This document shows, piece after piece, positions 55,094 to 64,000 of a DNA stretch of 64,000 bases. Every line of letters starts with the position of its first letter. The first letter of the stretch is position 1. Under the pieces are notes generated by a model. The model saw nothing but the letters and a program-made list of their open reading frames with translations. It was not told the DNA's origin and made no database searches. A program made the position numbers and the translations under genes. The stretch spans positions 108,314,001-108,378,000 of the forward strand of contig OX597814.1 in NCBI GenBank assembly GCA_951406725.2, written 5' to 3'. The DNA is from Octopus vulgaris (Eukaryota).

Positions 55094-55184
55094 GCGGCTG
55101 AAGAGAGCTTTAAACCATCTTTTATATCTATTATACACTGATGTAAGAACAAGTCGTTTAGAAAGCTTGAAACACGTGTACCGC
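55094..55184 (+). ncRNA. Type-I hammerhead ribozyme with a canonical core
   Basis: gcgg CTGAAGA gagcttt...aaagctt GAAA cacgtg TA ccgc; its 3' part is duplicated in inverted orientation at 55031-55077. Confidence 0.8.
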
Positions 55185-55277
55185 GACATCCTTTGTGTTC
55201 TGTTTTTGATTTTATTTGATATATACCCTCTCACCTCTGCCACTAGCTGGCGTATACAGGTGCTTACACTAATCAAG

Positions 55278-55311
<34 letters not shown>

Positions 55312-55338
55312 AGTATATGTATGTATGTATTTATGTGT

Positions 55339-55428
<90 letters not shown>

Positions 55429-55430
55429 GT

Positions 55431-55807
55431 GAGGCGCAATGGCCCAGTGGTTAGGGCAGCGGACTCGCGGTCGTAGGATCGCGGTTTCGATTCCCAGACC
55501 GGGCGTTGTGAGTGTTTATTGAGCGAAAACACCTAAAGCTCCACGAGGCTCCGGCAGGGATGGTGGTGATCCCTGCTGTACTCTTTCACCACAACTTTCT
55601 CTCACTATTACTTCCTGTTTCTGTTGTACCTGTATTTCAAAGGGCCGGCCTTGTCACTCTCTGTGTCAAGCTGAATATCCCCGAGAACTACGTTAAGGGT
55701 ACACGTGTCTGTGGTGTGCTCAGCCACTTACACGTTAATTTCACGAGCAGGCTGTTCCGTTGATCGGATCAACCGGAACCCTCGTCGTCGTAACCGACGG
55801 AGTGCTT
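55431..55807 (+). mobile_element. Full-length tRNA-Arg-like (OR-type) cephalopod SINE
   Basis: ggcgcaatggcccagtggttagggcagcggactcg...ggtttcgattccc head; its 3' domain is shared with 62446-62766(-). Confidence 0.85.
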
Positions 55808-56442
55808 CCATGTATATGTAAAAAAATACAAACTGGAACAAGAACGCAAAACATTTAGAAGACGATACAAAAAACACGGACGGGACATTCGAAGCCTTCA
55901 ATCTTCAGTCAAGAACCGGATCATCCTCGCAATTTCGGCTGATTAATCTTGAGATCTCTCCGATCCGGCCAGCCCCAAGGAAAAACTAAGCTACGAGCAT
56001 TAGATTTCTTGGAAAAAGGATCGAATGTATACGAAACAGGGACAGAAAAACGGACGATGCCACACGAATATAAATACAAAAAGCAATAATAGTAATAACA
56101 GGACAAAAACAGCGGGTGTCTTACGACTATAGACAGTACAACTTAGTTTAGCTGGCGTATTTGGAAAAAAATGCCTTTTTCGGCAGACGAAGAAAGCGAT
56201 GTTCTCATGGCGGTGGTCGGAAGCTGAAAGGCTGGTTGACCAGCGGTCACGTGAGAGGAGAAGAGAGAGAGAGAGAGAGAGAAAGAGACAGATCAAAGTG
56301 GAGTGCAAAGTGTGAAAGGCAGAGAAATGTAGGCGAGGGGGGAGAGAGAGACAGTGTTATAGAGTCGTACCAAATTTAAAGAAATATGTACTTACATATC
56401 AGACCAAAAGGGTACGGGCGCCTCTCTCTGTCTGTCTCCCTG

Positions 56443-56512
<70 letters not shown>

Positions 56513-56515
<3 letters not shown>

Positions 56516-56949
56516 TATTATAAAAGGCAGATTTTATCTGCCTCCCTTTGGGAGTTATAGAAATCTACAATATAGGATTTCTTCAATTACAATTTACCTG
56601 GCATTTTTAAGAGTACAATGCATCGCGTCATGCCAGGTCCAGTTTTTAAAATTTAAACTCCAATTAAGCAAAATTTACAGAAAACTCACATTCTGGTGTG
56701 TGTGTCAAATGCTTTTCTTAGTCTGGTTTACACCACACGCAAACGCACACACACAGTGGGCAACGAATAAAATGAAAGTAAATAGCGACAGAGTGATTTG
56801 AGGAAGACTAAAGTGAAAGTATTCTGTCTATGACGCTGATAGATATATGAGTAAAATGTATGGGAAGCTAAGAGCTAAGAGTGAGTGAAAATGTTCTTGG
56901 AAGAGAGTAATTAGTAATAAAGTAAACATACACTCATACATACATACAT

Positions 56950-56984
<35 letters not shown>

Positions 56985-57071
56985 TACACACACACATACA
57001 TACACACACACATACATACATACACACATACATACATACATACATACATATACATACATACATACATACAT

Positions 57072-57104
<33 letters not shown>

Positions 57105-60100
57105 TACACACACACACAGTATTGAAGCTTGAGAACAATCAGATACATTTGCAACACATCTGTTGAAAATATTATTGTTCACACACATACATATACATAT
57201 ATACATACAGACAGACAGCCAGATAGACACACACACACACACACACACACACATGATCCAGCATGGCCACAACCTCAAGGCTGAAACATATAAAAGAATA
57301 ACAGAATATAAATGTGTGCAAAGTACAAGAAATATTAATGCAGTATATGGGGATTGGACAATAAGCGTAAGGCAGTGTCAATGGTGGTTCCAGAAATCCC
57401 GAGCCATAAACTACAGCCTAGAAGACGAGCCTCATCCTGAAAGATCTATAGAACTCGACAAGGACATCCTGAAAACCCTGGTGGAACAAAATATCATCGT
57501 AACTGTTGAGGAACTAGCAGAGAAGCTTGGATTTGGTCATTCAACCATTCATTGACACCTGTGTGCTATCGGAAAAGTCAGCAAATTGGGTCAATGGGTT
57601 CCTCACGAACTTTCCGAGTCTAATTGCATGCAGAGAGTGAATGTATGCTTTTCTTTGCTGTCATATCTCACCACTACTGCGCTATGTATATCTATATATA
57701 TAAAACTGTAGTTGTGTGAGTGTCTGTCCCCCTTCGATTTAGATTCCTAACTACTCCCACATTTTGCGGTACAGTTTAACCAAATTCGGGTAGCTTATAG
57801 TCGTGGTTCATATCGAGCCCGTCTGAATATTAGCGCGCGTCTACGATGAGTTTACGATTTTAAAAATAATTTAACATCATTTTTTATTCCATTTTAATGC
57901 ATAATTTTTCGTGTGTCGATGGCGGCGGAGTTGGCGTCCACGCTCACACCTGCACCTGTGGGGAAGGGAGTGTAAGGAAATCAACGTCGTAATGCGTTGT
58001 CAAGGAGACCAGTGTTCTTTTAGAACAACGACTTCATGGCTTGAAGACACCAAAACAGAAATGGCTAAGAAAGCGTCTACATGAGTCTACGATTTAAAAA
58101 AAAATTTACCATCGTTTTTTTCCATTTTAATGCATTTTTTCGCTATTATATAAGGGAAGTAACTCTCTAAAAATGTCTACGATGAGTCAACGATTTTAAA
58201 AAAATTTACCATCATATTTTTTCCATTTTTAATGCATTTTTTGCTATTTTTTGGCTATAACTCTCTAAAAATGCTTATATAGTTATTTCCCTTACAAACC
58301 CGAGCAACGCCGGGCGATACTGCTAGTCTTATTATAAAAGGCAGATTTTATCTGCCTCCCTTTGGGAGTTATAGAAATCTACAATATAGGATTTCTTCAA
58401 TTACAATTTACCTAGCATTTTTAAGAGTACAATGCATCGCGTCATGCCAGGTCCAGTTTTTTAAATTTAAACTCCAATTAAGCAAAATTTACAGAAAACT
58501 CACATTCTGGTGTGTGTGTCAAATGCTTTTCTTAGTCTGGTTTACACCACACGCAAACGCACACACACAGTGTGTAACGAATAAAGTGAAACTAGATGTA
58601 ATATTTGTTTCTGTCTATCACGCTGATAGATACATGAGTAAAATGTATGGGAAGCTAACACATAAGAGTGAGTGAAAATGTTCTTGGAAGAGAGTAAATT
58701 AGCGACAGAGTGATTTGAGGAAGACTAAACTGAAAGTATGAAACAGTGTTTATGTATAAACAGACGACACTTATATAAACCCTTTCGTTACCAAACCGCC
58801 CGAATTTACCTATTCATATTTAAATGAGAATATCAGAGTAAATCTCTTTAGTACATTCGTGAAAACACGTATTATACTTCGTAAACACTTCAAATACAGT
58901 TTTGTACAAAAATCGAAGTGTAATTTTAATTCCGTGAATTATGGGAGATTTTTTTCCGAAATTTGTTCCTATTGTGTTTTCAAAATTTGTAATTCTGACA
59001 AAAAATGGATACGAATTTCATTATATCAAGCAGCGAGTCAGAATTCGAAGGATTTTCTACTGAAGACCTTCATAAATCTAACTCTATGACTGAAAAAAAA
59101 AAGCATCTTTATATAAGAGTGAAGTTGTGTGTCTGTCCCCTTCGATTTAGATTCGTAACTACTCCCACATTTTGCGGTGCAGTTTAACCAAAAGCGGGTA
59201 TCTTATAGTCGTGATTCATATCGAGCCCTTCTGGGTATTAGCGCGCGTCTACGATGAGTCTACGATTTTAAAAAAATTTACCATCATATTTTTTCATTTT
59301 AATGCATTTTATTCGCTTTTATATAAGGGAAGTAACTCTCTAAAAATATCTACGATGTGTCAACGATTTTTAAAAAAAAAATTGACCTTAATTTTTTTTC
59401 AATTTTTAATGCATTTTTTTGCTATTTTTTGGCTATAACTCTCTAAAAATGCTTATATAGTTATTTCCCTTACAACGCCGAGCAACGCCGGGCGATACTG
59501 CTAGTCTTATTATAAAAGGCAGATTTTATCTGCCTCCCTTTGTCACTTATAGAAATCTACAATATAGGATTTCTTCAATTACAATTTACCTAGCATTTTT
59601 AAGAGTAGAATGCATCGGGTCATGCCAGGTCCAGTTTTTAAAATTTCAACCCCAATTAAGCAAAATTTAGAGAAAACTCACATTGTGGTGTATGAGTCAA
59701 ATGCTTCTCTTAATGTGGGCTACAGCACTCGCACACACACACACACACACAAAAAGAGAGCGATCTCATTCACTCACGCTATCACTCATTTCTACGACTT
59801 TCTCTTTGCAAGTTTGCAGCGATTAAAGTGAAACTAATTCGATAAAACGAGAGAAGTGTACCTTAAACCACTACTAAAAAAAAAAAACAGCAAACAGAAA
59901 CAAATAAATACATAACGATTTACTCCTCACACAATTTCTTCAATTAGAGTGTACCCATGATTTTTCAGAGTACTTCCAGTGGGTGATGCCATAAAAAATT
60001 TCTTTCAATTTTACCACCAATTAAGACAAAATTCAAGAAAACTCAATATTTTAACATTTCACTCCGAAAGCATTGATGTACATGTGTGCGTGCGTGAGTG

Positions 60101-61167
60101 TGTGTGTGTCATTCCTCACACACACGCATACACATACATATATGAGAGTGGCAAACACAAACGTTTCAAACAACTACATACAAACACGTGTGTGTTTGTT
60201 ATTAGTAAAAAAGGCGCCAAAACACAACTCACTTATCATTCCAACACATTTGCAAAGACACACGGACGGTCGAATTGCTATAACAATACAGAAAAGGTAA
60301 ATTGGTTTTATTTTACTCTGTATATATTTTATTATATAATATTATATATAGATATATGTATATATAATTGCAGTATGAAACAGTGTTTATGTATAAACAG
60401 ACGACACTTATATATAGTTATTAATAAATGTATGCATCCGTTTAACCCTTTCGTTACCAAACCGCCCGAATTTACCTATTCATATTTAAATGAGAATATC
60501 AGAGTAAATCTCTTTAGTACATTCGTGAAAACACGTATTATACTTCGTAAACACTTCAAATACAGTTTTGTACAAAAATCAAAGTGTAATTTTAATTCCG
60601 TGAATTATGGGAGATTTTTTTCCGAAATTTGTTCCTATTGTGTTTTCAAAATTTGTAATTCTGACAAAAAATGGATACGAATTTCATTATATCAAGCAGC
60701 GAGTCAGAATTCGAAGGATTTTCTACTGAAGACCTTCATAAATCTAACTCTATGACTGAAAAAAAAAAGCATCTTTATATAAGAGTGAAGTTGTGTGTCT
60801 GTCTCCTACAATTTAGATTCGTAACTACTCCCACATTTTGCGGTGCAGTTTAACCAAAAGCGGGTATCTTATAGTCGTGATTCATATCGAGCCCTTCTGG
60901 GTATTAGCGCGCGTCTACGATGAGTCTACGATTTAAAAAAAAATTTACCATCATATTTTTCCATTTTAATGCATTTTTTTCGCTTTTATATAAGGGAAGT
61001 AACTCTCTAAAAATATCTACGATGTGTCAACGATTTAAAAAAAAATTGACCTTAATTTTTTTTCAATTTTTAATGCATTTTTTTGCTATTTTTTGGCTAT
61101 AACTCTCTAAAAATGCTTATATAGTTATTTCCCTTACAACGCCGAGCAACGCCGGGCGATACTGCTA

Positions 61168-61168
<1 letters not shown>
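56513..61168 (+). mobile_element. Head-to-tail trimer of non-autonomous Helitrons (56513-58326, 58327-59504, 59505-61168)
   Basis: Each unit starts TCttattataaaaggcaga and ends with a GC hairpin (ccgagcaacgccggg) plus CTAG. The array lies between A and T in a (TA)n run with no TSD. Confidence 0.9.
57275..57670 (+). mobile_element. Mariner transposase N-terminal fragment inside Helitron unit 1
   Basis: NAVYGDWTISVRQCQWWFQK...LEDEPH...TVEELAEKLG...GQWVPHEL. Confidence 0.85.
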
Positions 61169-61213
<45 letters not shown>

Positions 61214-62052
61214 ATACAAACTGGGACAAGAACGCAAAACATTTAGAAGACGATACAAAAAACACGGACGGGACATTCGAAGCCTTCAATCTTCAGTCAA
61301 GAACCGGATCATCCTCGCAATTTCGGCTGATTAATCTTATATATATATTGTGTCATTTCAAGTAAAAGATAAAAGATAAATGGTGCACCGATGACTCTCG
61401 AGGGAGACACCCCCATTTTGATGATCTTTTCAGTTTGTATGACACACCTCGGGTTCACGTCTTTCACCATCTTCGAAATTACATGAACACCCTCTCCATA
61501 CACATAGATTCTCTCTTGACATTTCTGTATTCAGAGGAAAAGAGTAATTGAGACCAGTTTCTGCCACTTGACTTTCATCTTCTCATCTGGTTTTTCAGGT
61601 TTACGGTCAACGTAGCGATGTCAACTGTGAATGTTGCCATTTATTGGGTGATGAGGGCATTTCGACATTTTAGTCTGTCAACATTTCTTTGGTTTTGAAG
61701 AGTTCGAACACTCCAGATTCCAATGGTGAAAGGAGCTGTCCGAATTCTTGAAGGGTTGTTATGACTACAACATGGATACCTCACTAGAAGTTGTTATCAA
61801 GGGGAAGTGAAGAAAAACTACTTTTTCAATCACCTTCTCCTTATCCACCATTCGCTACATTTACCCTTTTCAACCTATCCAATCTCTTACAGTTGTCACC
61901 TACTCTTCCTTACTTCCCCCACTTATCATCCTTCAGCATTTGTGCATTCATTATATTCACCCCTCACCCATTATCCCTCTCACTCTACCATACACTCTTG
62001 TAACCTCAACCCTCCCATCTTCTCTGCAACCATTCACTCCGACTCACTTCAT

Positions 62053-62287
62053 ACCTATTTCTTTACTACTCACAAGGGGCTAAACACAGAGAGGACAAAC
62101 AAGGACAGACAAACGGATTAAGTCGATTATATCGAACCCAGTACGTAACTGGTACTTAATTTATCGACCCCAAAAGGATGAAAGGCAAAGTCGACCTCGA
62201 CGGAATTTGAACTCAGAACGTAACGGCAGATGAAATACGGCTACGCATTTCGCCCGGCGTGCTAACGTTTCTGCCAGCTCGCCGCCT
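62053..62287 (-). mobile_element. Young full-length tRNA-derived SINE
   Basis: Near-consensus copy of the dominant family. Confidence 0.85.
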
Positions 62288-63250
62288 TCTTACCCTCAGG
62301 GTATACACCGATGCCTCATCACCACTACTTTTATTTCTTCCTCGATCCACCCCGATCCCTCCTAACCCTCTTTGGTATTCCCTGTTGTGGATTCTTCCTT
62401 AGCATATAAATTTCAATCCTTTTCCTAATTAGCGCTCCTGGTACTGGCACTCCGTCGGTCGTGACGACGAGGGCTCCAGCTGATCAGATCAATGGAACAT
62501 CCTGCTCATAGAATTAATGTGCGAGTGGCTGAGTACTCCACAGACATGCGTACCCTTAACGTAGTTCTCAGGGAGATTTAGCGTGACACGGAATATGACA
62601 AAGCTGGCTCCTTTGAATCACAGGTACGACTAATATTTGCCAGCAGAGTCGGCCGGAGCAAACGGGAAATAAAGTGTCTTGCTCAAGGACACGATGTTCG
62701 ACCAGGAATGGAAATCACGACCTTACGATTGTAAGCTGAGTACCCCTATCCACTGAGCCACGCACCTTCCGTGCTCCTAGGTGTCACTGAAGTAGCAAAC
62801 TAATCCAAGAACTGCCTCCGACTTTCATATTTTCGCAGTTGAAAATGTCGAATCGTTTCGGCTTCAGTGAACCGTGACGGGTTGAGAATTTGGATATTTT
62901 CGCTTGTACTTGTTTCAGACTGCGGCCATGCTGGGGCATCGCCTTAAAGGGTTTTAGTCGAATGAATCGATCGCAGTACTTAATTTTTTGTAAAGTTAAT
63001 ACTTATTCTATCGGTCTTTTTTGCCGAACCGCTAGATTACGGGGACGTAATCACACCAATACCGGTTGTCAAGCGGTTGAGGGGGAAGAAACACAGACAC
63101 AAAGACACAGATATATATGTGTGTATATTATATATATATATATATATATATCAACAATTGAGGGTAAAATTAATTAGTTATTAATCAATTTCACCAAGTA
63201 GTGTTCAGTATGTAAAAGGACCATTTAAGGCGAATTCAAAATATTATATT

Positions 63251-63777
63251 ATATAATTAGGGCTTAGTAAAGTAAATTACTTTGCCACATACTGAACTTT
63301 CTAGAAATAGCAGCCAAAAAGTTTTTTAGCCATTTCCACCACTTTAAGAAAATTTCTCTCAGATAATGTTTACTCATAAATAACTCACGAAGGTATGGAG
63401 GTAAAAACAGAAAAATATCACAAGTACAAAGATCATTTTGTTAGTACTGGCAGTCTGAGCGTGTTCGTCTGAGGTGATACGTCGCCGAAGGGTATGTTCT
63501 TCCTTTTAGTGCTTCCAAATCCAAATTAAGAAATGTTGAGCTGACGAAAGAAATGCTGAGTTTATTTGGCTAATCTAGAAACGTTAACGTTCTCAAATGA
63601 TCTTTGTACTTGTGATATTTTTCTGTTTTTACCTCCATACCTTCGTGAGTTATTTATGAGTAAACATTATCTGAGAGAAATTTTCTTAAAGTGGTGGAAA
63701 TGGCTAAAAAACATTTTGGCTGCTATTTCTAGAAAGTTCAGTATGTGGCAAAGTAATTTACTTTACTAAGCCCTAAT

Positions 63778-63782
<5 letters not shown>
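63251..63782. repeat. Inverted repeat, about 190-bp arms and about 155-bp loop (Penelope-like fold-back)
   Basis: 63251-63438 is the near-perfect reverse complement of 63595-63782. Confidence 0.9.
63536..63596 (+). ncRNA. Type-I hammerhead ribozyme with an imperfect stem II
   Basis: ttgag CTGACGA aag...cta GAAA cgttaacg TT ctcaa. Confidence 0.65.
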
Positions 63783-63853
<71 letters not shown>

Positions 63854-64000
63854 AATTTTATTTGTTAGGGAATACAAATTCCGGCATAACAGAGGTTCAA
63901 ATTATTCTCAATGAAGAAATATATATTTTAATTTGGAGATAGTAGGCCCCTTCATCTCACCATATAAAAAAGAATTTTTATTTTAAATACCTACTGTTTT

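Noticed and set aside
59979-60755. 258-aa ORF in Helitron unit 3
   Set aside because: It spans microsatellite and repeat junctions, has no domain motifs and is only partly present in unit 2

Overview
AT-rich, microsatellite- and transposon-dense eukaryotic DNA. The tRNA-derived SINE families look like those of Octopus (coleoid cephalopod); this is inferred from recalled family sequences, not a database search. Two protein genes are supportable, arranged tail-to-tail. One is the terminal coding exon of a CFAP90/C5orf49-like ciliary gene (+, 3344-3505). The other is a MEP-1-like multi-C2H2 zinc-finger gene (-, single coding exon 12799-16368), with a probable non-coding exon 1 and a motif-rich promoter near 26.4-26.85 kb. 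The rest is a TE landscape: stacked SINEs, a Tc1 element with three nested insertions that each retain a TSD, a fold-back mariner MITE, hAT, piggyBac-like and Merlin-like MITEs, a head-to-tail Helitron trimer, LINE remnants and a degenerate tRNA-Pro. The most interesting signal is six candidate minimal type-I hammerhead ribozymes from five unrelated short non-coding elements (Penelope-like or retrozyme-like). They include a U3-A8 compensatory core variant. Three sit in fold-back structures, and in two of these the inverted copy starts almost exactly at the predicted cleavage site. All ribozyme folds were made by eye and are untested.
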